Below, piece after piece: positions 47,543 through 57,722 of a DNA stretch of 64,000 bases. The DNA comes from Candidatus Latescibacterota bacterium (GTDB lineage Bacteria > Latescibacterota > UBA2968 > UBA8231). The notes under the pieces were generated by a model. The model was not told where the DNA came from, searched no databases, and saw only the letters and a list, made by a program, of their open reading frames with translations. The stretch spans positions 2,656,001 to 2,720,000 of the forward strand of contig CBDCDC010000002.1 of NCBI GenBank assembly GCA_965215195.1. Direction: 5' to 3'. Numbering within the stretch: position 1 is the stretch's first letter; each line of letters begins with the position of its first letter. The translations under genes were made by a program, and so were the position numbers.

Positions 47543-48916
47543 CTATTGGAAGAAGAGGGGATAAGGAGCGTTTTCTGCTTCGCGTTTGATCAGACTCATC
47601 AGCTCCATTGCGTGGTAGTCGCCCCACATGGCCGCCTCGCCGCAGGGAATTTTGCGGCCTTGGGGCACGTAGTCCCAGCCGTTGGGGCGATGGTAGATCG
47701 CGTGGAGGGTGATGCCTTGGTGTTGGGGGTCGACGGCGAGATACGGCTCCTCTAGGAGGGCGCGGGCCATGGTGAAGGCCGCAGCGCGATAGCGCGTTCC
47801 TTTCGCTGCGTCTCCCTTGGACAAATAGTAGTTGCCCAAGCGCAAATACCCTTGGCCGCAGACGGCCGCAGCCGAGCTGTCGAGCGGCTCGACGTCGTTG
47901 TACGGATCGGAGGGCTGGTCGGTTATCGCGCCAAAGGAAGCGACCCCGGGTGCGCCGGTGTCCCAAAACGGTACGCCGTCGGCAAAGCTGTTGGCGATGT
48001 GGAATTCAGCGGTGGCTAAGGCGGCTTTTTCCATGGTTTGCACGAGGTCGGCCTTGGCACCGAAAGGCTCGACGTCGGCCTCGCTGAGCGCGGCGAAGTA
48101 CTCTAGCTGCTCGGCGTAGCCCAAAAGCACCCAAGACAGACCGCGAGTCCAAGTCGAGAACGGAGTGTAACCCTGCTGGGTGCTAGGGCAGCGGTATTGG
48201 CCGTCGCGGACGTTGAAGATGGACTCGTGTACCACGCGGCCAGGCACGTCAAACGCATCGCGCCCCTCGCCGTAGTACACGTTAAAACGGGCGTTGGTCC
48301 GGGCGTGTTCGATCAAACGGCCGAGCAGGCTGATGCGCCTGTCGCCTTCGCCCATCAGGGCGTGGCCTAGCTGGTGTGCAGCCCCTAGGATGCGCAGCGA
48401 GCGCATGGTGTCGGAAAAGAGCGAATGCGGGCCGTTGAAGGAGTGGATAAAACCCGTGCCGTACGCGGTCTCGGTCCAGCGCGCCGCTTGCACGGCCCCC
48501 GACAGCTTGATGGCCAGCTCGTACAAGTCCAACTCGCGCTGATCGTGCGGAATGCGGCCTTCGAGCATTAGGCGGCGCAAGTTGCCATAGGTGGAGAGGT
48601 TGTTGAAGCCGTGGTCGTGGACGCCGACATGCGACACATGCGGCGCCATGTGCGCGATGGTGCGGTCGCGGCCGAGCGCGAGAAAGCGCGCGTCGTCGGT
48701 CATGTCGTACTGTAGTAGGGCACAGCCGTATTGGAAGCCCTGCGTCCACTCGGTCCAGCCGCGGGTGCTGTAACGCCCCTGCTGGGTGAAGACCGGGGTG
48801 CCGCGATCCGGATCCCAGGTGTTGTCGAGATCGAGGATCTTGGTGCCGGTAAGGGCTAAAAAGCGCTGGATCGCCGGAAGGAGCTGTTGGGCGCTTAGGT
48901 CTTGGTCTGGTTTCAC
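47543..48916 (-). CDS. Glycoside hydrolase family 88-like (unsaturated glucuronyl hydrolase-like)
   Basis: EWTQGF, HDHGF, QQGY...STWTRG.SW, PFWD, DSSAAA, WGDY. Confidence 0.85.
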   Translation of the reverse strand: MKPDQDLSAQQLLPAIQRFLALTGTKILDLDNTWDPDRGTPVFTQQGRYSTRGWTEWTQGFQYGCALLQYDMTDDARFLALGRDRTIAHMAPHVSHVGVHDHGFNNLSTYGNLRRLMLEGRIPHDQRELDLYELAIKLSGAVQAARWTETAYGTGFIHSFNGPHSLFSDTMRSLRILGAAHQLGHALMGEGDRRISLLGRLIEHARTNARFNVYYGEGRDAFDVPGRVVHESIFNVRDGQYRCPSTQQGYTPFSTWTRGLSWVLLGYAEQLEYFAALSEADVEPFGAKADLVQTMEKAALATAEFHIANSFADGVPFWDTGAPGVASFGAITDQPSDPYNDVEPLDSSAAAVCGQGYLRLGNYYLSKGDAAKGTRYRAAAFTMARALLEEPYLAVDPQHQGITLHAIYHRPNGWDYVPQGRKIPCGEAAMWGDYHAMELMSLIKREAENAPYPLFFQ

Positions 48917-49044
48917 GGGATGGTTCCTTTTGCTTGGGCAGCGAGAAGATAGGAGGGGCGTGGGGGTGGGTCAATGCGGATTGGTCGGGCGTTGGTCGCT
49001 TGCTTACTTTTCTCGCCACGCAGACGAGGCCAAGGAGAAATCAC

Positions 49045-51567
49045 GTGAGCATTCCCTTAAAAGTAGTAGAGAGCGCGGGCATTACCCGGCGAAAGTACCC
49101 CCTGACAAGGGGCGTCCCCCTGCCCCAAGGTGCCGTAGTAGAGGTGGAACACCTGTCTTTGCAGGACGCACAGGACCGAGATGTCCCGGTGCAGGTGCGG
49201 GTCTTGGGCCGCTGGCCGGACGAGAGCGCGAAGTGGGTCTTGTTAGACTTTCAGGCCGATGTGGAAGCCGGCCAAGAGGCCGTGTACACCCTGCAGTACA
49301 CAAAGAACAAAAAAGCCGCGGCGAGCGTCCTCGGCGTGGAAATCGCCGAGCGGGAAGATCGCTTTGAGGTGTGTACTGGCCCCCTGCGCTTTGGCATTGG
49401 CAAAAAGGCATTTGCGCTTTTTGACGGGGTAGTGCTAGGGCAGCGAGCCGAAGAGTCGTTTGTCGCCGAAGTAGAAGTCGCACCTCGGGGGGGCGGTGAC
49501 GCTTGGGCCAAGATCTCCGAGTCTGAATTCGCCGGAGGAACGCAGCGGCGCATCTACGGGATGGGGGGCACGTGTCTGGCGTCAGAGGGCGTGGAGGAGT
49601 ACGCCGTTGAGATCGAAGAGGCCGGTCCCTTGCGGGCGGTGATTTGCTGCCGAGGGGCCTACGAGTCAACCGCGCCCATGCACCACTACACAGGCTATCG
49701 CCCGCTGCGCTTTGCGACCCGGATCTACGCCTATGCCGGCAAGGCGCAGGTGCGGGTGGTACACACAGTTGTAGCCACCTGCAATCCGCGCGAGACCGAA
49801 GTGGAGGAACTGGGCTTGCGCGTCCCGCTCTTGCCCGCAGGCAGCGGCAGTTGGCGCGTTGGGGCCGGGCGGGTCATGGCGGGGCCTTGGGTGGCCGGGC
49901 GTTACGCACTGCTCTCACAGCGGCTGGACAATCACTTCTATTGGGAGGAGTACGAGGGCATTGAGCGCACCGTGCGGGCCGAGGGCGAGCGCGCGGCCGG
50001 CTGGATTTGCGCCGAGAACGACCGCGCTGGCGCTGGCGTTGCGCTGCGCTACATGGCCGAGGAGTATCCCAAGGCCCTCGGCGTTGGTGCCCAAGGCATT
50101 GACGTCTTTTTTTGGCGCGACCCAGAGGGCCGGCGGCTCAGCTTCAAACGCTACGCCGAAGAGGTGGCTTGGCACGAGGGCGAAGGGGTCTATGCCGACG
50201 GCACGGGCACGGCGAAGAGCAGCGAGTTTTTCGTCGATTTTTTTCGCGCCGGGTCCGCCGACGGCGAGCGGTTGCAGGGCCTTTTGCACCCACCACAGGT
50301 GAGCGTTGCGCCGGATTGGGTGGTGCGAAGCGGGGCAGTAGGCGGCTTGGCAACCGGCGCGGGGTTCCCGCGCTCGGACCGCATGTTGACGGGCTTTGTC
50401 GCTTGGATGGAAAGACACATCGAGCACTATCGCTGGAAGGGTTTTTTCGATTGGGGCGACGTGATGGCCACTTGGGAAGAGCGCGCCGGGGGCTGGCGCT
50501 TCAAGGGCCGCTGGGGTTGGTGCAACAGCGAATGGGATCCGCGCCACGCCGTGTGGTTGCAGTACTTGCGCACGGGCGCGGGGCGCTATTACGCGCTCGG
50601 CGAGGCCATGACCCGGCACTCGCTGGACGTAGATACCTGTCACTATCACCCATTTCGGCCCTACATGGTCGGCGGCTGTTTCCGCCACAGCATGGACCAC
50701 TTTGGCGACGAGCCGTGCGCTTCGCACACCTTCATCGACAATTGGGTGGATTACTACTACTTGAGCGGCGACGAGCGGGCGCGGGAGGTCTTGCGCGAGG
50801 CCGGGGAATTTTTCCTGCGCTACCGCTGGAGCGAGGACCCTCGCTACAGCTTCAGCTTGCGCTCCATCGCCAACGCGCTGCGGGGCTTGCTCTACTTGTA
50901 CGAGCTAACCGGCGAAGCGCGCTTCATGCGCCGCGCCGAGCAAGTGTACGACGCGGTGGTGTGCGGCCAAAACGAAGACGGCAGTTGGCACAAGCGCTTC
51001 CAGATATCTACTGAGGGCAAGCTGCCCGACCAAGGGCCGTACGGCATGGCCACCGAGGGCACGACCCTTGCGGTGGAAATGGGTGCGGCGGTCCCGTTTA
51101 GCGACGAAGAATACCTCGCGCTGCGGGGGAGCTTTAGTGCATTAAAGCGGGTTTTGCCCTACGAAGAGCAAAAGGGCTATCAGACTCACTATTTGATGGT
51201 CGGGCTGGAGCGGCTCCACAGGATGACCGGGCGCGCGGATGTGGCCGAGGTTTTCGTGCGCGCCGTCGATTGGTTTTGCGGCGGCAAAGGCGCGTTTGAT
51301 GCCGAGTTTGCCAAGGCCCAAAGCTACCACGGCGTACTCTGCGGCTCGCTGGCGTACGCTTGGCGGCTGACCGGGGAGCGGGCCTATCTGGAGGTAGGGC
51401 GTGCGCTGCTGGCCGAATTGATCGCCCAGCAGGACTGGAGCGACCGCCCAGATTATCGGGGTGCGGTGGCCATGCACCCGACCGCGTTGAGCTTGGTGTT
51501 CTTTGGCGTACCGTCGCTGATGGGGGCGCTTAAAGAAGCTGACCTAGAGGAGATACCCAATGACTGA
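49045..51567 (+). CDS. Exo-rhamnogalacturonan lyase-like (YetA/PcRGLX-like) protein
   Basis: PLTRGVPLPQG...WPDESAKW N-terminal barrel; W.GFFDWGD, W.NSE, RH..DVD; aaggag RBS. Confidence 0.72.
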   Translation: MSIPLKVVESAGITRRKYPLTRGVPLPQGAVVEVEHLSLQDAQDRDVPVQVRVLGRWPDESAKWVLLDFQADVEAGQEAVYTLQYTKNKKAAASVLGVEIAEREDRFEVCTGPLRFGIGKKAFALFDGVVLGQRAEESFVAEVEVAPRGGGDAWAKISESEFAGGTQRRIYGMGGTCLASEGVEEYAVEIEEAGPLRAVICCRGAYESTAPMHHYTGYRPLRFATRIYAYAGKAQVRVVHTVVATCNPRETEVEELGLRVPLLPAGSGSWRVGAGRVMAGPWVAGRYALLSQRLDNHFYWEEYEGIERTVRAEGERAAGWICAENDRAGAGVALRYMAEEYPKALGVGAQGIDVFFWRDPEGRRLSFKRYAEEVAWHEGEGVYADGTGTAKSSEFFVDFFRAGSADGERLQGLLHPPQVSVAPDWVVRSGAVGGLATGAGFPRSDRMLTGFVAWMERHIEHYRWKGFFDWGDVMATWEERAGGWRFKGRWGWCNSEWDPRHAVWLQYLRTGAGRYYALGEAMTRHSLDVDTCHYHPFRPYMVGGCFRHSMDHFGDEPCASHTFIDNWVDYYYLSGDERAREVLREAGEFFLRYRWSEDPRYSFSLRSIANALRGLLYLYELTGEARFMRRAEQVYDAVVCGQNEDGSWHKRFQISTEGKLPDQGPYGMATEGTTLAVEMGAAVPFSDEEYLALRGSFSALKRVLPYEEQKGYQTHYLMVGLERLHRMTGRADVAEVFVRAVDWFCGGKGAFDAEFAKAQSYHGVLCGSLAYAWRLTGERAYLEVGRALLAELIAQQDWSDRPDYRGAVAMHPTALSLVFFGVPSLMGALKEADLEEIPND

Positions 51568-53053
51568 AAGACCCAATATCATCCTGATTATGACCGACCA
51601 ACAGCGCTTCGACACAATCGGTGCTTGGGGCTACGACTACGCGATTACGCCGGCCATGGACCGCTTGGCCGGCGAGGGGCTTTCCTTCCGCAATGCCTTT
51701 TGCCCGGGGGCGACCTGCATTGCCTCGCGGGCGGCGATTTTCACGGGTATGTACCCGCACAATACCGGCGTGTACAGCTTCGACCACTGGGCCGATCACC
51801 GCAATTGGGTGCAAGACCTCAACGACGCGGGTTATCACTGCGTCAACATTGGCAAGATGCACTTTGCTCCGCGCGATGTCGCCGGGGGCTTCCACGAGCG
51901 GGTCGTGGTGGAGAATCCCACCAGCAGGTACATCGACTCGGGTGGGGCCGACGACGATTGGGGCCGCTATTTGCGGATTCACGGCTTAGCGCGGCCCAAC
52001 GACCGCAACAAGACCGACCCCAATTGGCTGCAGAAATACCAAGGCGTCCCTTGGCACTTGGAGGAGTGCTTTCACTCGGATGTCTTTATCGGCGACTCGG
52101 CCCTTGCGTGGATCCGCGATTACAAGGGCCGAACTCCGTTTTTCTTACAGGTAGGTTTTACCGGCCCGCACGAGCCGTGGGACCCGCTGCCGAGGCATCT
52201 GGAGCAGTACGCGGGGCGTCCAATGCCCGGGCGCGTAATGCGCGAGGGCGAGTTAGAGGACAAGCCGCCCCAGCACGCGGCGCAGAGAAAGATGCACGCT
52301 GAGACCGAGCACGAGTCTGTGATCGACATGTACTCGCCCGGCGAAGAGGACATCGCCCACATGCGGCGGCACTACTACGCTAAAATCACTACGGTCGATG
52401 AGAAGCTGGGCGAGGTCCTCGATGCACTTCAGGAGCGGGGCTTTTTGGACCATAGCCTGCTGATGTTCTGCTCGGACCACGGCGAGCTATTGGGCGATCA
52501 CGGGCTGGCGTACAAATGGCTGATGTACGATCCCGTGGTACACGTGCCGCTGATTGTGCGCGACAGTCGTCTGACGCAACAGGGCCGCGCGATCGGCGAC
52601 TTGGTCTCGCTGATGGATTTGGGACCGACGATCCTAGAAGCGGCTGGCGTGGAAGTGCCCAGCTACCTAGAGGGGCGCTCGCTGCGGCCCTACTTGGAGG
52701 GGACAGCGGATTGCGCACCGCGCGAGTGGGTGTTCTGCGAGGACAACTATCAAGTGATGATGCGCGGCCAGCGGCACAAAATGGTCTATTACATCGGCCA
52801 AGAGCAGGGCGAGCTATACGACTTGGCGCAGGACCCGCACGAGTTGTGGAACCTCTGGGGCCGACCCGAGCATCAAGCGCTGCAAAACGAGCTTACGGCC
52901 CGTCTGCTCGGCTGGCTCGCCGCGAGCACTTATTACAATGCTGGCTACCGCCGCCAGCGCAGCCGGCAGTACGCGATGCGCTGGCCGCGCCCGGACGACG
53001 CGTTTTTACACGGGGCGCGGGGAAGGCCAGTGCCGCGCTCGTTTGATCTTTAG
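51560..53053 (+). CDS. Sulfatase
   Basis: PNIILIMTDQQR, CIASRAAIFTG.Y, GKMH, PH.P, SDHGE, ELYDL..DP.E. Confidence 0.93.
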   Translation: MTERPNIILIMTDQQRFDTIGAWGYDYAITPAMDRLAGEGLSFRNAFCPGATCIASRAAIFTGMYPHNTGVYSFDHWADHRNWVQDLNDAGYHCVNIGKMHFAPRDVAGGFHERVVVENPTSRYIDSGGADDDWGRYLRIHGLARPNDRNKTDPNWLQKYQGVPWHLEECFHSDVFIGDSALAWIRDYKGRTPFFLQVGFTGPHEPWDPLPRHLEQYAGRPMPGRVMREGELEDKPPQHAAQRKMHAETEHESVIDMYSPGEEDIAHMRRHYYAKITTVDEKLGEVLDALQERGFLDHSLLMFCSDHGELLGDHGLAYKWLMYDPVVHVPLIVRDSRLTQQGRAIGDLVSLMDLGPTILEAAGVEVPSYLEGRSLRPYLEGTADCAPREWVFCEDNYQVMMRGQRHKMVYYIGQEQGELYDLAQDPHELWNLWGRPEHQALQNELTARLLGWLAASTYYNAGYRRQRSRQYAMRWPRPDDAFLHGARGRPVPRSFDL

Positions 53054-53298
53054 GTCTTATATAATCCACTACCGAACGAATAAGGGGTCGTGGGTCGCTT
53101 TGAATTTTTTGGGACGTTCTGCCTCTTTATCCGGGGACTGCAATTTCAAATATCCCTTGCTTTGTTCACTCGGCGACCATAGAATACAAGGCCATGAGAT
53201 GTTGTGTTTGTCTTTTACAGCGCGCGGCGCACCGAATACACCACCGATTCTCGACCTGCTAAAAAATGTTACGTAAGTCGTTAAAAAACAGTAATTTA

Positions 53299-53312
53299 CC
53301 CCCCCCCCCCCC
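53299..53312 (+). repeat. C14 homopolymer upstream of the LRR lipoprotein
   Basis: 14 consecutive C in an AT-rich intergenic region. Confidence 0.85.
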
Positions 53313-53521
53313 TCGAAATTCTGCTCAAGCACTAAAGCGCTAGATTCCCTACTGCTCAAGCACTGGCGACGGATCCCAAGCGGCCGTTTGGCGATCCGTC
53401 CCAACCCGCGCCGCATGTTGCCCGTGCGGCCTTCGTCTGTACGCCGTGACCGTCGTCCGCCATGGCGGCCGGTTCCTGTTCCTTTCTATCCACCCCTTTA
53501 TTTCGTAGAAGGAGGCAAACA

Positions 53522-54910
53522 ATGCCTTTATGGAAGCGAATAAACGCCCTCGGTGTCGTCGTTTTAGGCGTAGTGGTTACTTGGATGGCCTGTTCCGATC
53601 CGCCGGTCGCGCCGGTGCCGGCGGGCAAAGCCTTGGGGCAGGCCGAAGCCGATAGCACACCATCGGACGCTGCAACCGTCTCGTTTGCCGATGCCAACCT
53701 AGAGCTTGCGGTGCGGCGGACGCTGAACAAGCCGGAAGGCCCGCTGACCGCCGACGATCTGGCGTCCCTGACGAAGATCGACGTAGAACAGCAAGACGTC
53801 TCAGGTATTGAGAGCTTGGCCGGCCTCGAACACGCGACAGCGCTGGACACGCTGAACCTGTGGGGCAACCAGATTGCGGATTTGAGTCCATTGTCCGGCT
53901 TGACCCAGTTGACCCACCTGAACTTAGGGCACAATCAGGTGGCGGATGTGGGTGCGTTGGCGGGCTTGACCAATTTGAAATGGTTGAGTCTGTGGGGCAA
54001 CGAAGTGGCGGACGTGAGTCCGTTGGCAGGCTTGACGAAGCTGACCTACCTGAACCTGTGGGGCAACGCGATTGAAGCGGTGAGTGCGTTGGCGGGGTTG
54101 ACGAAGCTGATCTCGCTGGACTTGGGGCACAACGCGGTGGCGGATGTAAGTGCGTTGGATGACCTGACCCGGCTAGACTGGCTGGGCTTGGTGGATAATC
54201 CCATTCGCCAACCGGACCTCGCCGCACAGGTTCCCACCTTGATAGAAGGGGACGTCAAGGTCTCCGTCGTCCTGCCGAACCCGCAACCACCGGCTCCACC
54301 CCCGGCCCCGGCTCCACCCCCAGCCCCGGCTCCACCCCCGACTCCGGCTCCACCCCCAGCCCCGGTAGTCATCTCGTTCGCCAACGCCAAATTAGAGCAG
54401 GCGGTGCGGCTGACGCTGGGTAAACCGACAGGCGCACTTACATCCGACGATCTGGCGTCCCTAACGCGGCTTGATGCAACAGATCTAAGCATTGAGAGCG
54501 TGGCCGTCCTCGAATACGCGACGGCGCTGACTTGGCTGGACCTGTCCAGCAACGCGGCTCTTGCGGATTTGAGTCCGTTGGCGAGCCTGACCAAGTTGGA
54601 AACGCTGAGTCTGGGTAACAACACGTCCATCGGGGATGCGGGGGTGGCTTCGTTGACGAGCCTGACCAACCTGACATCTCTGACTCTGGGTGCCACGTCC
54701 ATCGGGGATGCGGGGGTGGCTTCGTTGACGAGCCTGACCAACCTGCAAACGCTGTATCTGAGTAGCACGTCCATTACGGATGTGAGTCCGTTGCTCAGTC
54801 TGACCAAGTTGAAATCGCTGTTTCTGATTAACATCCCTACCCTCAGTGCCGAGTCAATCAACACACACATCCCCGCCCTCAAAGCAGCAGGCGTTACGGT
54901 CCATCAATAA
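53522..54910 (+). CDS. Internalin-like leucine-rich-repeat lipoprotein with proline-rich linker
   Basis: aggagg RBS, lipobox WMAC, two F.D/N..LE.AVR caps each followed by LxxLxLxxNxIxDLSPL repeats; (PAPPPA)n linker. Confidence 0.92.
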   Translation: MPLWKRINALGVVVLGVVVTWMACSDPPVAPVPAGKALGQAEADSTPSDAATVSFADANLELAVRRTLNKPEGPLTADDLASLTKIDVEQQDVSGIESLAGLEHATALDTLNLWGNQIADLSPLSGLTQLTHLNLGHNQVADVGALAGLTNLKWLSLWGNEVADVSPLAGLTKLTYLNLWGNAIEAVSALAGLTKLISLDLGHNAVADVSALDDLTRLDWLGLVDNPIRQPDLAAQVPTLIEGDVKVSVVLPNPQPPAPPPAPAPPPAPAPPPTPAPPPAPVVISFANAKLEQAVRLTLGKPTGALTSDDLASLTRLDATDLSIESVAVLEYATALTWLDLSSNAALADLSPLASLTKLETLSLGNNTSIGDAGVASLTSLTNLTSLTLGATSIGDAGVASLTSLTNLQTLYLSSTSITDVSPLLSLTKLKSLFLINIPTLSAESINTHIPALKAAGVTVHQ

Positions 54911-55164
54911 TGAAAACCTTCATTCTTGTAGTAGGGGTGTTTCATGTCGCTGGACGATCCGGCTGAGAAGCCCAGCGGGTGATCGACGAACACAAATGGA
55001 TGGTTCATATCGGTAACGGATGTTCCGCATCCCCGGCCTTGGCCGGGGCAGGCTCTTATGCCGCGTCTGCGGCTTGCAGCCGCCGGTCGGGTGTCATTGC
55101 CGCGCTTGGCCGGACAAGCCGGCTTCGACGTTGAGGGCCGCTGAAACGTGAAGTAGGCAGCACG

Positions 55165-55192
55165 GTAGGGCATAACGATCGTTATGCCCTAC
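55165..55192. repeat. GTAG-type REP-like perfect palindrome
   Basis: gtagggcataacgatcgttatgccctac. Confidence 0.75.
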
Positions 55193-55259
55193 TTTGCTAG
55201 ACGCGCAAGGAGCACCAACGCCTGAATGGCGCGTAACATCAGTTACTTAGCAACGCTTC

Positions 55260-56213
55260 TCAAGCACCCGCAGCGCGGGTGCGAACTTGGTCGAGGCCGA
55301 CGGCCAACAGAAGCACTGCACCGCGCGTTACGTCCTGCCAGAAGCTAGACACATCCATCAGGGTCAGTCCGTTGTTGAGGGTGCCGAGCAAGAGCACTGC
55401 CAACAAGGTGCCCCAGACCGTGCCCCGCCCCCCGAAGAGACTCGTGCCGCCCAAGATCACGGCCGCGATCACCGTCAACAGATGTTGCCCCGCCGCGTCG
55501 GGTGCGGCTGCGTAGAGCATGGCCGCGAGGATGAGACCGCTGACTGCTCCGCTGAGGCCGGAGAGGACGTAGAGGATCATCAGGGTGCGGGCGACCGGAA
55601 CGCCGACCAGCCGGCTGGCTTCGGGGTTGCTGCCGGCCGCATAGACGAAGCGGCCGAAGCGGGTCCGCGCCAAGACCCAGCCGAGCGCGCTATAAACCAG
55701 CAGCATCAGCACCAGCGGCACTGGCAACCGCAAAAGCTGGCCGCTGCCGATCCAATTGAAACCGGGTTCCATCAGCGGCTTGGTCAGCCCGCCGGTCAAG
55801 ACTAGGGCCAGCCCGCCGATGACGCTCATCGTGCCCAGCGTGGCGATCAGCGGATTGAGCCCGAGGCGCACGGCCAACAGGCCGTTGAGCAGGCCGATGC
55901 TCCCGCCCAGTGCCAGTGCGACGAGACAGGCCGCGACAATGCCGACGCCCGCGGCGTGCAGCAGCGCAACGACGACTCCGGCCAGCCCGGCGACGGCCGC
56001 CACTGACAGATCGAGGCCCCCGGCGATGATCAGGGGCGTTTGCAACGCGCACATCAAGCCGATAAAGGCCATATTGGCACCAATGCTCACCATATTGTCG
56101 AAGGACAAAAACCAAGGCGAGAGTACGCTGAAGAGCACGGCGACCAAGAGGTAGAACGCCAATAACAAGGCGACGCCGGCTCCGGGGCGATTTAGCAAGG
56201 CGGCGATACTCAT
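55260..56213 (-). CDS. Sugar ABC permease (RbsC-like)
   Basis: GGLDLSV, NPLIATLG, TRFGR..YA.G.N.EA, IAAVILGGTS..GG.G. Confidence 0.92.
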   Translation of the reverse strand: MSIAALLNRPGAGVALLLAFYLLVAVLFSVLSPWFLSFDNMVSIGANMAFIGLMCALQTPLIIAGGLDLSVAAVAGLAGVVVALLHAAGVGIVAACLVALALGGSIGLLNGLLAVRLGLNPLIATLGTMSVIGGLALVLTGGLTKPLMEPGFNWIGSGQLLRLPVPLVLMLLVYSALGWVLARTRFGRFVYAAGSNPEASRLVGVPVARTLMILYVLSGLSGAVSGLILAAMLYAAAPDAAGQHLLTVIAAVILGGTSLFGGRGTVWGTLLAVLLLGTLNNGLTLMDVSSFWQDVTRGAVLLLAVGLDQVRTRAAGA

Positions 56214-57721
56214 CGAGGGACCTGCGCGGTCGGGGTGTGAAGCAGGTCGGCCGGGGCCGCGCCGCCGGAAAAGCGGCTGGACACCCGACCGCGGTCGAGC
56301 GCGATGGAACGGTCGCAGACGCCAGCGACTTCTTCGGCGTCCGAGGAAATCAAGAGTACGGCAAGCCCCTGTTGGGTCCACTGCCGCAGTGCCAAGTAGA
56401 GCTCGTGGCGAGCGCCCACATCCACGCCTCTAGTCGGTTCTTCGAGAATGAGCACCTTGAGGCCCTCGACCAGCCAGCGGGCCAAGCAGGCCTTTTGCTG
56501 ATTGCCGCCCGAGAGCAAGCGCAGGGGTTGGTCGAGGTGAGCGGCGCGAATCCCGAGGCGGTCGATCCAGCTTTGCGCGTGGCTTGCCTCGCGCGGCTTG
56601 GACACCGCGAACAAGCGCACGAAGCGGTCGATAAAGGGCAGGGTGATATTGGCACGGACGCCGAGGTCGGGGACGATGCCCTCGCGCTGGCGTTCGGCCG
56701 CGACAAAACCAATGCCGGCGTCGCGGCCTTGGCGCGGGTTGGTCGGGACATAGGGCACACCCCCGAGCGCAATGCGTGCGCCGGGCAGCGGACCCAGTGC
56801 GCCGTAGATGGCCCGACCGAGCTGATCAATCCCCGAGCCGAGCAGGCCGAAGACGCCGAGAATCTCGCCGCGGTGGAGCGCGAAGGACACGCGGTTGAGT
56901 GCGCCGGGCAGGCTAAGGTTTTCGACTTCCAGCGCAACCTCGCCAGTGCTTGCGCCTCGCGGCGGGTAAAGTTCGTCAACGGTGGTGCCGAGCATGGCGT
57001 CGAGGACGGTGCGCCGCGAAGCAGTGGCAGTGGCGAAGTCGCCGGCGTTTAGCCCGTCGCGGAGCACGGTGATGCGGTCGGCGATCGCAAAGACCTCGTC
57101 GAGGTAGTGGGAGATGTAGATGATGCCGATCTGCTGCGCCTTGAGCCGCTCAATGACCGCGAAAAGCGCTTGCACCTCGCGGTCGGCGAGGGCGGCGGTT
57201 GGCTCGTCCATGACGATGATCCGCGCTTGGCCGGCGAGGGCGCGGGCGATTTCCACTAGGCGCTTGTGCGGTGCGGAAAGCTGGTGTACTGGCGCGTCGG
57301 GATCGAGGTCGCAGCCGAGCCGGTCGAGCAGTGCCCGCGCTTTTGCGTACAGCGCCGGGCGATCTACCTGCTTGCCGAGCCACGAGCGTTTGAGCGGCAG
57401 GTCGGCGATGAGGATGTTTTCGGCGACCGTGAGGTCGGGCAAGACCGATACTTCCTGGGGCAAAAAGCGGACGCCGTGGGCGATGGCCTCTTCGGGCCGG
57501 TCGTAGCGCACGGCCTCGCCATCGCGGCGGACGGTGCCGGCGTCGCGCTGGTACACGCCGCAGAGGATTTTCACTAGCGTGGATTTACCCGCCCCGTTGG
57601 CGCCCAGCAGTGCTAAGACCTCCCCGGCGTCCAAGCGGAGATCGACCTCGCGCAAGACTTGGGCACTGCCGAAGGATTTGCAGATGCCCGCCATCTGCAA
57701 CAGAAGTGCGGTATGGTCCAT
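56210..57721 (-). CDS. Sugar ABC ATPase (RbsA-like, two domains)
   Basis: GANGAGKST, DEPT, YISH, LSGGNQQK, PTRGVDVGA. Confidence 0.93.
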   Translation of the reverse strand: MDHTALLLQMAGICKSFGSAQVLREVDLRLDAGEVLALLGANGAGKSTLVKILCGVYQRDAGTVRRDGEAVRYDRPEEAIAHGVRFLPQEVSVLPDLTVAENILIADLPLKRSWLGKQVDRPALYAKARALLDRLGCDLDPDAPVHQLSAPHKRLVEIARALAGQARIIVMDEPTAALADREVQALFAVIERLKAQQIGIIYISHYLDEVFAIADRITVLRDGLNAGDFATATASRRTVLDAMLGTTVDELYPPRGASTGEVALEVENLSLPGALNRVSFALHRGEILGVFGLLGSGIDQLGRAIYGALGPLPGARIALGGVPYVPTNPRQGRDAGIGFVAAERQREGIVPDLGVRANITLPFIDRFVRLFAVSKPREASHAQSWIDRLGIRAAHLDQPLRLLSGGNQQKACLARWLVEGLKVLILEEPTRGVDVGARHELYLALRQWTQQGLAVLLISSDAEEVAGVCDRSIALDRGRVSSRFSGGAAPADLLHTPTAQVPR

Positions 57722-57722
57722 G

